Source: Balanoglossus misakiensis (Eukaryota > Animalia > Hemichordata). From it: a DNA stretch of 64,000 bases. The position numbers and the translations under genes were made by a program. Positions 36,779 through 49,280 of this stretch are shown here, in pieces. Position 1 is the first letter of the stretch. Each line of letters opens with the position of its first letter. The stretch is from NCBI GenBank assembly GCA_040954595.2, contig CM082586.2, forward strand, positions 10,633,337 to 10,697,336, read 5' to 3'. Under the pieces are notes generated by a model. That model was not told where the DNA came from, did not search any database, and was given only the letters and a program-made list of their open reading frames with translations.

Positions 36779-38634
36779 GTAAGTTTTTTTTGAGTGGGGA
36801 GGGGATAGGTCAACAATGGATTTGCATTTCCTGCTTCAAAAGGGCGCTTACAGAAGTTGTAAGTGACAGACTTTACAGTCAGTCACCATGTTAAAACAGA
36901 AAATAATTAAAAGTTATCAGGCACTTTCCATAGTTAGAAATTTAAAAAAATAGCGTCAAGGACACCTGGTGCTCTCTCAGTGTGTAGTGGCTGATGAGCA
37001 GCATGTTTGGAGAACAGTGGTTTGGTATATGGGTGAAAGGAACAATTTGCAAACACCAAGGTGAAATGCTGAACTGTTTTGCTCATGTAATATTGAATGA
37101 AGCTTGATAAGGTGGGTGCTTGGCAGAGGGAAAAACCACTTGTCAATGGCTCTAATAACTGTTTTAAATTTAGTCTTAAAATGGCCCGCACACACAAATG
37201 GCCTCACACAAATATATTCTGTCATTTCCCTCTCAGATTTTTTATCTTATGTTATACTGATGGAATTCATTGTGTATTGTCGTATCAAATTGCACCAGTG
37301 CAAGCTATGAGAAATGTGTTTTGAAAAAAAAACAGTGCAAGTAGAAGCACTAGTCTAAACGTGAAAGAAATATATTTTGAAAAAAAATATCAGACAGCAT
37401 TCAAGATCAGCTTAAGTGTTTTGATAAAAAGTTCTCCATTTTCAAGTATATAGGTAATGTCATGTGCTGACTATAGTAGTGTAGGCGTTAGCAAAAAAAT
37501 ACATGAATTGTTCAAACAGAAAGTTCAATCATTTAGTTTCCCCAGTTTATGGGAGCATAGCAGTTGTGAACATAGTATATGAAATAATTTTAAAAAGTCA
37601 TTGCTCTCTGGTCCATCATTTTCGGTAGAAGTGACCTGATTTCACATCAATAGTTTCCCACCTGTCATTTCCAGCTAATTTCATGTAGAACAAAACTCTT
37701 ATACAACATAATGACATTTCTAGAACTTATTTTTGCTGGTTGGGCCCACAGACTAACACTAGTCGTTCTAAAAAGAAACTTCCATAACAACCTGTACGCT
37801 TGACGCGTTCAAGTCAAGGCACACCTAACCAATTCAAAATATGCAAATTAGAAAAAGACGCATATGCATTATTTGTGTCCCCAGAGACACACACAGGAAA
37901 TCAAGCGAGTGCGGCCACTAGCTGGAAGAGCTGAATTCAATGTATTGCCTTACAATGTTCATGATACAGGGGGGGGGGGGGTGATGATCAATGAACAGAA
38001 CAGCGGTCCAATTTCACGCATTGTAGTGCACTGATCGTGGCAAGTTGATCATGGCAAAACAAATGACGATGTTAGATAGCAGTTCTTCACAAGTTTGACC
38101 AATTTGTATGAAAATCGTCTCGCCAAACACAACTGTTTTCTCGCGGGTAGTGAAAACACTGCTGGCTAATCCGTTCCGATTTCTGTCACTGTTCCAATTC
38201 TTCCTCAACACCTCAAAGCTACACACCACCGCCAAAAACATAAAGCTACACACCCCTACTAGAAAATGGTATGAATTCTTGACGGACGGAAGTAGTTTGA
38301 CAGACGGAAGTAGTAGCTCATACCCAACTTGACAGACTCCTCTGTTTACACTTCGGAGCCAAAACAATGAGTTTGTTGTCTTATGCATGATATTTTTGGC
38401 TTTCAAACACTACCTTGTTAAATGTTATTTGGTTACTACATTGTTTGTTTATCAGTATTCAGTACTGGTACAGATAAACATATGATATGACCAAGTTGTA
38501 TGCCAGATGATATTTATTAAGTTTCACACAATTTTGCTCTCTTGTCGTATATTTTCAAATGTCCACTCAAAGACAACTGTAATTCACATGTATTCATTCT
38601 AATACATTTTATGATATTTGTGTTTTCCCTGCAG

Positions 38635-38744
38635 ATGACAATGAGTGCGATCAAGCTGGTTGGTCACCATGCCAACGAGTATGTTACAACACACCAACCA
38701 GTTACCAGTGTGGTTGCAGACCAGGATTCAACATACATGCGTTG
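38635..38744 (+). pseudogene. cbEGF exon 4, frameshifted by internal deletion
   Basis: ccctgcag|DDNECDQAGWSPCQRVCYNTPTSYQCGCRPGF, then a shift to HTCV|gtgag. Its length of 110 bp is not a multiple of 3. Confidence 0.85.
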
Positions 38745-38885
38745 GTGAGTATCTACAATTTGGAGAGAAAGTAAGATGTATGGGTTTGTACTTAGTGTCT
38801 TATACATGTATATGTGACACTGAAATCATATATTGTACAATCAGTCATTGGTAAATGTCGGCTATTCATGACACAAATCAACATA

Positions 38886-39070
38886 CAGTCAAACCTGTTT
38901 GAGTGGCCACCTCTATTAGGCAGCCACCTCTATATAGTGGCCACTTTATTCTAGTCCCTGTGCAATTTACATCTACATTAATTGACTTTCTACAAGGTAT
39001 AATGGCCACTTATCTATAAAGGCCAGTTTAGAAAAGTCCCTTCACTAGCCATAATGAGCAGGTTTGACTG
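38886..39070. mobile_element. Tc1/mariner-type MITE
   Basis: CAGTCAAACCTG...CAGGTTTGACTG. Confidence 0.7.
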
Positions 39071-39528
39071 CTGTTGTGTTGATTTCTGTCTTTTTTACGT
39101 GTAACACAATCATGACATTTTTCATAAAGAGGGCAGCCTTCCAAAATAAAGTGTCATCTCAATGCAGACAATGTGAAAAAGGCGGTCAGTAGAGTACTGC
39201 TCGAGCTCATCTAGTTTGTTGTATACATGATACAAGTTGCGTGTAAAACTGACCTTACAATAAAATGTGGCTGTCGAACATAAGTCCCAACTATAGTGTT
39301 GATACACAAGACAATCAAGTTTTTACTTTGTGACCAACTGGCCTCATGTTTGCATCTTGGAGGGGTAACATGACTGCATAGCAATGTTTTATTAAAATTT
39401 GGTACATAGAGAAATGGACTACTGTGACAGTATTGACTCTGGGAACTATGTAGATGATGCCCAGCCTAAAATACTGACTCTCTGCAATTATATTTTTTAG
39501 CATTTTTGTTCAATTGCACTTTCAAGTA

Positions 39529-39698
39529 CAGTCAAACCTGTCTAACACCAAAGGGACTGAAGAAATTGTTCAGATTGCAGGTGTACAATTTAAAGAGGTT
39601 CTTTCAACATGTGGTTCTATGTCAAAAGGTTTGAACAATGTCTTTGAAATAGACAGGTTTCCAGATTAGACAGGGTTCGGTTGAGACAGGTTTTACTG
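39529..39698. mobile_element. Tc1/mariner-type MITE
   Basis: TA|CAGTCAAACCTGTCT...AGACAGGTTTTACTG|TA. Confidence 0.7.
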
Positions 39699-40821
39699 TA
39701 TTTTGATACATGCTCTGGCTTAACCCTTTCACCACTATGGTTCAGTCTAAACCTTTTATTTTCTATGGTAAGGTTGGATCTTTAAAGAGGAAACTGTTTT
39801 TTTCTGAGAATCTATTTATTTCCTCTGTCACAAAAATTGCATGGGAGTTCTAATTCTAAAAGGAAAACTGATTTGATAAAAGATCTCAAAGTCAAGTTTT
39901 GGATGTGGCTCCATTTCAAGTATTGTAGGTGACTAGTTTTTCCGGAGTTCAAGTCTGTATACTTGCAGTAGAGTTTGTCACATGGACTTGGGTAATCTGA
40001 GTGAGGTCAGAAATTGAACTTACACACATTTAGTTGAGTTAAGAACATGTCTGGTGTATTACTGTAATATGACTAGATACTGCAAATGCCTTAACTATAA
40101 GTGTATGTTAAAATACAGTTTCCATGGACAAATGTGAGTGATGAAATTAAATACACATGTTCATTAAAATCCACCATGATAGAGCGCCCCCACTGTTCAG
40201 AATGTCCATTTTGAAGTCCTACATCTATGACGTCATGCCTAGCTGTCAATGTTAACTGATGTGCACTTGTACTACTAGTAAATGGAAGTACTTTAAAGTA
40301 AAGCTCAGATGCAAGGTTTTGTAAAATAAATATAATATTAAAACGTTGCCATCATTTTAGTCCTTTGGAACAGCTGTCCTATTGACTAATGTGATCACTC
40401 TGTGTACGGCATATGGCATATTAAGCATATTAAGCATTTAGTATTTTTCAATCAGAAACCGTTAATCCTGTGATTAATTCTTCTTCTTGCAACATTGATT
40501 TTAAATCACCACACATGAATATTTTTGTCCAAAGGACTGCGATGCCCAAGTTTTTTTATGATAAGATAAACAAACAGTGAAATTCAGTGAAGAAGTGAGC
40601 GAGCACTTGCCCATTCATTGTTCAATGAAAGGTGACCGCCAAAACAAAAGTATTGAGAAAATAACCCGAAGTTGGAGTTGCTGAGTTTTAAATTGATTTC
40701 AATAATCTCCCAAGTGAAAAGCTTGGCTTGGCTGAAGCTCCTGTAGTCATGTTACATGTAGGTAGATTGACACAGATGACAATGTTTGAATGTTTACACT
40801 TTTCTTTGTTTGATCTTTCAG

Positions 40822-41073
40822 AGGAATATTCAAGCACTGCAGAAGAATCTAGAGATGGCACAGAAAAAAGAACTTGAATTGAAACAACAGCAAGATCAAC
40901 ATGCCAGACAAAGTCAACTCATAGCTCTAAGACAACAACATCAACAACAACAGCAATTACAAAGGTTACAACAAGAGAGAGCCCAACAATAACAACAACA
41001 ACAACAACAAGCAGTGCAAGCACAGCCATCCAATATACAATCAACAAATCAACAACTAAAACACCTCTTACAA
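40822..41073 (+). pseudogene. Coiled-coil/poly-Q exon (phase 0-0) with in-frame TAA at 40990
   Basis: ctttcag|RNIQALQKNLEMAQKKELELKQQQ..ERAQQ*QQQQQQAVQAQPSNIQSTNQQLKHLLQ|gtaagt. Confidence 0.8.
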
Positions 41074-42638
41074 GTAAGTTGTCATAATAATGTGTACAGT
41101 GAATATTTTGAAAACCAAGACTGGTACCAGTGGCACTTCTGGGAATTGTTATGTGGGGAAAAATGAAATCAGTTTTCTCAAAAAGGAGCTTTCTTGATGG
41201 TACAAATAACATGGTCTGTGCCATTCCCAAAATGATTTTAATGTATTGAAGACCTGACAGTCACACAGAATAAATTCAATGAACTATTTGCCCAACATGA
41301 CAACTTTTCCCCACACAGATTTAGACGTGGTGGGTATGGCTGATTTGCCTCAAATCGGCCATACGCACCACATCTATTAATATTCATGATTTTACTTTTC
41401 ATGTTTATGTACACTCTTATAACAATAGGAAATCTAGAGAATGGCTATTTCATCAAGTTGACAACCCCCGCATGTGTAAGTCATGTACATAAACAAAAAT
41501 AGTCTGGTGTGTGGAGCCTCCTCCCTTTTTACAGGAAGTACTTTCGAAAAATGTTTATGCAATCAGTTCACACTCATGATCAATTTTGTGTCAGAATTAT
41601 TGTCCAAGTCAGCATGCCATAGATATATTGATGAAATAAACATTGGGACCAATAGGATTAAGGGAGGTGTGACTGGTCCAACCTGTTCAGTTTTAGTGTG
41701 GGGGGAAAAGCTGGAAGGAAAGCAGACCTAAATTACTGACAAAGAAATACAACAAATCTTGTCTCATTCTTATTTTCAATTCCTCTAGTTTTTCCATGGT
41801 ACCAGTGTGGAAGCACTGATGATAACCTCTGACAGACAGTTTTAAATGACGACAATCATCTTACTCTTATGCACATATGCGTTAATTTTGTGTGTACAAA
41901 ATAACGTCCAATCCAAATATTCTGCACAATTTTATGTGCGTGCATTCATATAGTGGACTGCCTTCGCTTCCTTCTATATTTCTTGCATGCCAGATAAGAA
42001 GAATTTAGTTTTGTCTCTTCTTTTCACTCAATTTGCTGTCTTTTCCTAATCTATGACACAGACTATGGTTGCCGCCACCTTGTCTGTTGTTAAGACAGCA
42101 CTTGTGGCATAGATAACAATTTTGTAACTAGAGTCTCTGCTTTGGCAAATGTGTGTTAGATGAACATTACACTTTAACAAAAGTCTGCTTAGAATTTAAA
42201 TCATATTCTCTTCAAAATGTCTGCATCTGAGAACATGGTGAATTAAAGCTGAAAGCAGTGTTCACTGGGCCCAAGCAATTCCCAGGGTTCCTACAGAATG
42301 CTAAGGATTATCTGCTGTGGATACCCAAAATTTTGTCAAAAAGTTTTGATCCTAAACTGATCTATGTCCTACAAAATCTAAACTTCTAGATCTATTGGTT
42401 AGCCTAGAATTAGGAGTGTACATAATTAATTAGGTCAACAGGGGTCTTGAAACTAACCATCAATTTTAGACACAGCCTAAATCAATTTCCCATTGTACAG
42501 TAACTAACTATATGCCGCCCTAAATTTCAGTCTGATTGACAAATGTAAAGAAAATTAAAAAGAAGTGTCTCCTGATACATTGCCATTTGCTGTGAAGTGA
42601 CTTTAAAAGAAAACTGTTTTGTTTGTATTTAACTGCAG

Positions 42639-42887
42639 CAGCAGCAACAAGCCAGCGGAACAAAAGCAACCATTCCACCACCACAACAACAAACATGGCA
42701 ACAACAACAACAACAGCAACAGTTATCAGAACAACAACAACAACAGCTGTAACTAGGACAACAGCCACGGCCGCGACCACAGGTACCTCAGATGGACTTG
42801 GCACCCAGCATGCAACAAACACTGCAACAATCATGTAGTAATCTGCTGGCTGTTGACATGAGTCTTTTTGATATTCCGAATCAATAA
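42639..42887 (+). pseudogene. Terminal poly-Q exon with premature TAA at 42750
   Basis: ctgcag|QQQQASGTKATIPPPQQQ..QQL*LGQQPRPRPQVPQMD..LLAVDMSLFDIPNQ*. It is phase-compatible with the previous exon. Confidence 0.75.
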
Positions 42888-43580
42888 ATTCTTACAGGAA
42901 ACTGACTATAATGAACAGGAGACTGTTCATGCCTTCATTACCGTTGTAACTTCTATATACTAAATGAAACCCAGATGCCCAAAGAAATGTCAGAAAATTC
43001 TCAAGGTTTTTTCCAGACAGTCAAGTATTGGGGATTTGGAATATTTATCACTCTCATTTACTGTATACAGACATATCCATTCCAAAGCTATCACCTCCAC
43101 TCATTCTTCAGTGTTCCTTGATTTAAAAAAAAAAATTTAAACAGATCAAATAACACGAAATTGTTATTCCAGTGTAGTAACATAATATACTCGGTCTGTA
43201 CTAATTCTTGCATTAGCTTTACATTGTTTCCATCATAATGCCTTATTTCAATATAACCATATTTGTATGCTGGGAGGATGTAACTAGTTGTCAGTGTCTA
43301 TTGTAATACAAAGTATGCCATACACAAAGCAACTGTGCATTGTCTTCTGGTGTGAAAAAATGATACTTAGGATGTATGTAAAATGGGAAATTTTCATGAG
43401 AGATAAATTCGCCCGAATCATGCAAGTGCTAAAAAAACACGAAACTAAAAAGTCGCGTAAACATGTTTTTCAGAAATAATGATGAATTGAAATTCGAGAA
43501 TGCGAAAATTAATCGTTGCATAACAGTTGCCACATTTGATATTATGAAAATTTCCCGTTGCGAAAATTTCATGTTTTACA

Positions 43581-43957
43581 GTATATAGCCATATTTTTTC
43601 CACTTCCAAAACTAACATCAAGAGTGATGCATGCCACTGGCCCAATAAAGCCTGATAGCTCTTGCTGGGAATTGTGATGTAACTACCATCCCCCTTAAAG
43701 TCACTGACATAAACTGAACAATGGCGATTGTGTGTAAGGTTATAGTAAAGGCAAGGCTAATTTAAATTTAAAATGGTACCAATCCTTAATCACACATATG
43801 TATCCTTTGACCAATCATTGGAAAAACAAAGTCCGTGATTGACTTCAAAGTAATGCTAATTACATCACGATTCCCTGCAAGGGGTATCATGCTTTATTGG
43901 GCCAGTGGCATGCATAGTTTTTTGAAAGCAAAGCAGATAAAATACAGCTATATACTA
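43581..43957. mobile_element. Palindromic (foldback) MITE
   Basis: ATGCATGCCACTGGCCCAATAAAGC at 43627 pairs with GCTTTATTGGGCCAGTGGCATGCAT ending at 43915. The inverted similarity extends both ways. Confidence 0.7.
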
Positions 43958-45939
43958 GACTAATACCTTATTAACTCCTGATCATTGGAGAATGTATCTC
44001 TAAAGTTACTCTCTATCGCTCCCTCAGGGAAGAGAGCAATAGACAGCTCTTTCAGTGTCAGAACTTCCAGTTGTATACCAATCATTTGTATTACCCAATC
44101 ACAGACTTTGTGTTATTGGTCATTTATCTATCCAATTGAAACTCACATGTTCATTGGAGCATTACACCAAAGAAGTCACACTATAACAGTGACAATACAA
44201 CACTTGCAAAAACATGGATTGCTCAGGTCAGCCTATCTGGTTCCAGATTATGTGACCCAACTAATGCAGCTATAATGAATGTGTTTGGTTATATACAGAG
44301 AATTGTAGGTTGTATGAGACATGTTAATATTACACTCTAGCATGGGGCAATGTATATTTATCATGTGAAAGCCACGAAGTCACTAGCTCTTGATGTTCAT
44401 TTTCTATTTTTGTTGTTGAATAATTTGTTATGAAATTGGATTGAAGCTGAACTCACAGCATATGTGTGGACATAACACGTTTATACGTCCATGTAATAAT
44501 TTTTGTTAAAGCCAAACAATTAAATATCACCATTATAACAAAATTAACAACAATCTAACCCCGGGGCTGTCACTAATTTGAATGGATACCGATCCAGAGT
44601 TAATGTTTCATTGGGAAGTCTAACAGTGTTTTGAAATGTCACATTGTAATTTGAAAGTTTGGGCTTGGGCAGTGACAATGACATTGTTTGTGTACACAAT
44701 TTGAAATGGAGCTCTTTGAAAAGAGAAAAGTGGTGTGTGGAAAAGAATGAAGTCTTTGGGCTTATATCAGGTGCCTTCATTTGACTCTCAAGGAGAGTTT
44801 TGTAAAACAATTAACTTGTTGTGTGTCAGCATTATTGGGAAAGATTAAGCACACACATGTATACAGGTTAGATAAAAATGGAAAATTACCATCAGCCTTT
44901 TTTCTTAGCACTCTCACCATTCACCCCCAGTTCCCTGTGTAGACATCCAACTTTTCCAACAGAAACAATGGATTTGGACCGAACCATTAGTTCATTTGAA
45001 TACCGGTATGTATGTAATATCTGTATTTATAACATACCTCATGCTAACACTGTGTCATGATTCGCCAGAATCCGTCAGGTGATAAGAAAATAGAATCGAC
45101 TATGAATCCCTTGGGGAAATAGCAGAAAATATATAAACTGGTCACGTGACCAAAGGGATATAAAAGAATCCCATGCATATACATAGTCAGTTCACCTCTG
45201 TAGCCAGACTGGCCATACATATGAACTGATGATGTCCCTGTTTTAGGCATATGGCTTGTGAAACTGTTAAACCATTTTGTTGTGTTTTGTGTTTGGTGAT
45301 CGGCAAAATCCGTGACAAGCATGGTAGAATCAAACTATTAGATGCATGTTAAGAAATATAGTCAATTATTAGGAAGTGACCATAGTTGCCAAACGATTAA
45401 AATCACATTTTTAATAACAATATTCACATGTCATTGTTTCTACATTTCTAGAATTTCAGCCATTCATTTTATGTTTGTGTGAAGAATGACACCTTGAGGC
45501 TGTAGAATCATGTATAGTGCTGAAGGGAAGGGGGGACACGATTCCTCAATTTCTTTCATTTTGCATAAGATGCTAAGTTGGTTTAATTTTTTTCCGGATA
45601 TTGCTTATATTGTACTGAAAGTTTGGTATGTTATGCAGTTTTTAAGAAGAGCTTTTGACAAACATTTCAGTGTACTTTCAAGACTGCTAGAGTATGTACA
45701 TAGTGTATGCAGCGTTAGGAAGAAATATCTTTGATATTTTTATTCTAACAATTTTCCTATCAGGATAAACAAGTAGACAGAGATATCATGTTTGGATTTT
45801 TGCATACATAAAATAAATATTCTGATAAAATGAGTGCTTTTGTCTGTCTCTTTGATTTCAGGTGAGGATCAGCCGCTCCAACAAATGGTCTGCTTACTTC
45901 CCTTTTTCATCTGATTAAAATCAAATGTAGTGTTAGGCG

Positions 45940-47500
45940 CTGGTGATGATTTTGGCTATTCTGTTCTCAGTTGTTAGCTGGGAACTACTGGTCAGATTGC
46001 TTTGAAAAGTGGTATGCATGTTTCTTATGCCAAGATCATAGAGCTATATAAGTTCTAAGCTAACATCGTGAATTGTCTACTTTTTATGAATGTTTTGTCT
46101 TTTAACACAATGGTAAAATATTTTCTATGAAAGTAATTGGCTGATTTCTTTAACATTTAGTATAAATCTTCCTATAGGTGTAATTGTTGCAAAGTTTGCA
46201 CATTTGTAATTATGAGCCAAATTTTGCAATTTTTGGTCAAAAATCGTTTTCTCTGAAACCTCGTGCTTGTCAGATTGCTTTGGGAATTGGTAGGCATGTT
46301 CTCAGGGTTAAGCAATTGTAAGTTGTTTGAAAATTTTGTTGAAATTTGCTTATTTGTGTTCTTGAGGTAACTTGTGATTTTCTTGTTGAAACCACTTGTC
46401 AGATTGCTTTGAACTTTGGTAAGCATGTTCTCATCGAAGTAAGATATTGTATAATTTTGGTGATGTTTGCATTTTTGTGTTTGGCAGTTTTGGGACAGTT
46501 TTTTTAAATTAGATCATATCTATTTGTTTGGTATTAGGTCATTAACAAAAAATTAAGTCATAGAGTTGGTCACACATATTACTTATAGCACAAGTTTGAA
46601 AAAAATGACCAGTTTGTGTCGCGTTATCTGCTTTCATTGAGGAGTAACAGCGCCCGCAAGTCAAGTGTTTATGTCACATTTGTATTGGTATATTCCAGTG
46701 GGACCTTATGAGATCGGTACGTTGCATCTGTATGGATGTATGGGAGTATGTCCATCCACATCAAAAACTTGAAGACTGCTACGCGTACAACCTCGATATT
46801 TGGTGTGTAGATGCATACCGGGTTGTAGATGGGAGTTTGTTCAAACGAAGTTGACATTGCCAAAAATATGCAAATTTTCTGGGAAAAACCTTAATTTGGT
46901 CAAAACTCAGAAACTCAGCAACCCCTGGTCATAATGATTCTGTATGTTTTGAGGTAATACTTTGAATTTTCTATTTTTCGCATTTGTTTGTCTTTTTCTA
47001 CATTTTTGTAAAAAAACTACCTTTCTGGAATTAATCAGCCCACCTCTTTGAAATTTAGTATGGAGCTTCATATAGGTGATCTGAGTTACTAAAGTTTTGT
47101 TTAAATTGCTGCAAAATTTGCGAGCAATTTTTACCTTTTTGATCATTTTTTAAATGTAAAACAGCTCATAGATTGCTTTGGAAATTTGCATGTATGTTTG
47201 TCAAATCAACTAGAAGAATTTAATATTATATTTTTGGGGTGATTTTTGCCATTTTTGGTCAAAACTCTTTCTCAGAACCCTCTACTCCATTGCTTTCAAA
47301 TTTGATTTAAAGGTTCCTGGGTGCGTTGTCATGATAATTTACAAAACCAATGATGAAAGTGTCAATGCTTTTTGTTGGCAATATCTTGTATTTTGGGGGC
47401 ATATTTTCCAATTTTGAAAAATAATAGTTCCCAGTGTATTACTCTAAAATTGAGTTAATAGTATTGGAATTATAATGGAATCAAATTATAGGTAATTCGG
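45940..47500 (+). mobile_element. Degenerate HINE-like repeat bodies
   Basis: A recurrent GTCAGATTGCTTTG/TTTTTGGTCAAAA module is also at 49680-50040 and, reverse-complemented, at 32140-32600. Confidence 0.5.
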
Positions 47501-47759
47501 AACTTTTATATTTTGTAGGGTATTTTGTTATATACAAAAACAAAATTCATCTCCGCGACCAGCTGTTCTTTTTGGTGCATGGACAGTGTTGGCCTGTCGA
47601 TTTATCTATATTTAGAAAATTTGATCAAATTCAAACTTGAATTGCATTGAATCAATTTTAATTCCCGCCAAGAACACTTTATTGACTACAAACGTTTGTT
47701 TTGTTGGATGGGTAAAATTTAAGACCTCTCGACCAACGCAGAGTGAAGTTTAATACTTT

Positions 47760-49280
47760 TGAAGTTGTCAAAATCGACTAAACAGAGCGAGAAAAACGGC
47801 AATTTGCGCTGTCGGCACATTTCTTCTCCTGCCTCGAATTATCGACACCAGGACCCCCCCCCCCCAAAAAAAAAAATATCAATTATGGATCATCAAATAA
47901 CTAGACTGCATCGTCCATGAAATCAAACTCGACGACAAAAAAACTTCGCCGATTCCGAGGTAAACGCATCCCGACAGGATAAGAACTCCGCTATTTGATG
48001 TCATCTGATTTCTCTGTAAACATTGGTTGGTCGTTACTTCGGGAATGGCACTTAATCTTCTCGGTTCGGCCTTTAATTTCCATGACCCCGGTTGTTTCGG
48101 CCAAGACGCAAACTGGTTCTTCACTTTGTAGTTCAGTAAAGTTGGCGAATGGGATAGTCTGTTAATGGTGAATGCAGGCCTGAACGCAGTGCTAGCGAAC
48201 GGGACAAATTGACATAATAAAAGCGAGCGTGTTGTCAGATTAGTGGGACTGTCATATCATGAACACAATACGGGAGGCGTGATAAGGGCATTATAAAGAG
48301 CGAGCGTGAAACAGACATGGAAACGATCGACAGTACGGTACAGTGGCTGTGGGTAGAGCGAGCATGTTGCTGTGCCGAACACATTCACCATGTTTGTTAA
48401 ATACAACACACACCGACTTGACCTGCGGCCGCAGCTGCAGCTTCCTAACGCGCCCTAATCCAAGCAGTTTACGATCTCGTGGATCGTGGTTGGACCAACA
48501 AAATGACCCAGAAAGAGAACCACATTAGGAAGTATTATAGGTCTGTTTCCTCAAAGTCGAATAGGTGCAAAACTTAACGCACATCAAAATGTTGCCCAGA
48601 CAACGGAAGTTAGCAGTTTGCTTGCTCGGTTTGAAATGCGCGGCTGTGGTAGAAAATTACCCCCTGTTCTTTGGGACGTGAGCCACCCCCCTGAGACAAT
48701 GGTGCACTCACACTCGAGAACATAGGTTTGCTATTTGCATATACAAATGGAATATTCCTTCGAATGCGAGCATGTTCCAGTGCGTTCTAAAATAATAAAA
48801 TATGCAGCTATAGCATGTATGCATATTCATTAGTGTGTCGTAATGCTAACTATGGTCTGTGATTGGGTAACAAGTCCCACTCTCCATAACAACAGGTGAT
48901 CATTGACCCGTTTCCGGTGTGCGACGCCGGGTTTCGACCACTTTCCTTCTTACTGCCGCGGGATCAAGACGTCTTTTCGGTAGGCTCATAATCCAGTCAT
49001 TGCTTTTAGTACCATAGCCTATGTAGCTACGTTACCGTCGCTCGATTGTTTAGTCTGGTATTAGGTGATTTGCAGCTATCCGTTCAACACCTTGTAGTTG
49101 AACAGAAGTAGGTCTTATTCCAGAAAAAAATCCGAGCTACGGGCGTGCAGCTAGCCATGCCTCTCGGCCATTCTGTGTATGGCTTCGCTGCTGACCCTGA
49201 GGTCATAATCGAGAAAGTCTAGACATATTTATAGGGTTATACTCTGTGAGAATTTTATTGCTAGGCCTCTTGCCTAAGCG
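47760..49280. promoter_or_regulatory. CpG-rich region, possible promoter/first exon
   Basis: CpG density is visibly higher than in the flanks. An ETS-like TTTCCGG is at ~48911, a pyrimidine tract CTTTCCTTCTT at 48941 and a possible donor CG|GTAGG at ~48980. Confidence 0.3.

Noticed and set aside
21243-42752. Three in-frame TAA codons in Q-rich context (21243, 40990, 42750) suggesting TAA=Gln recoding
   Set aside because: CAA>TAA is the most likely nonsense mutation in CAA-rich exons. The true terminal stop is also TAA, and neighbouring exons have TGA, lost Cys and a frameshift, so ordinary decay explains it.
42520-42838. Thr-rich (+) and Val-rich (-) ORFs resembling mucin or membrane proteins
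   Set aside because: They are alternative frames of the (CAA)n poly-Q exon.
44940-45920. Possible exon pair (~44943-45006 and 45862-45918)
   Set aside because: Splice-like signals are present, but I found no recognisable peptide and the frame is ambiguous.
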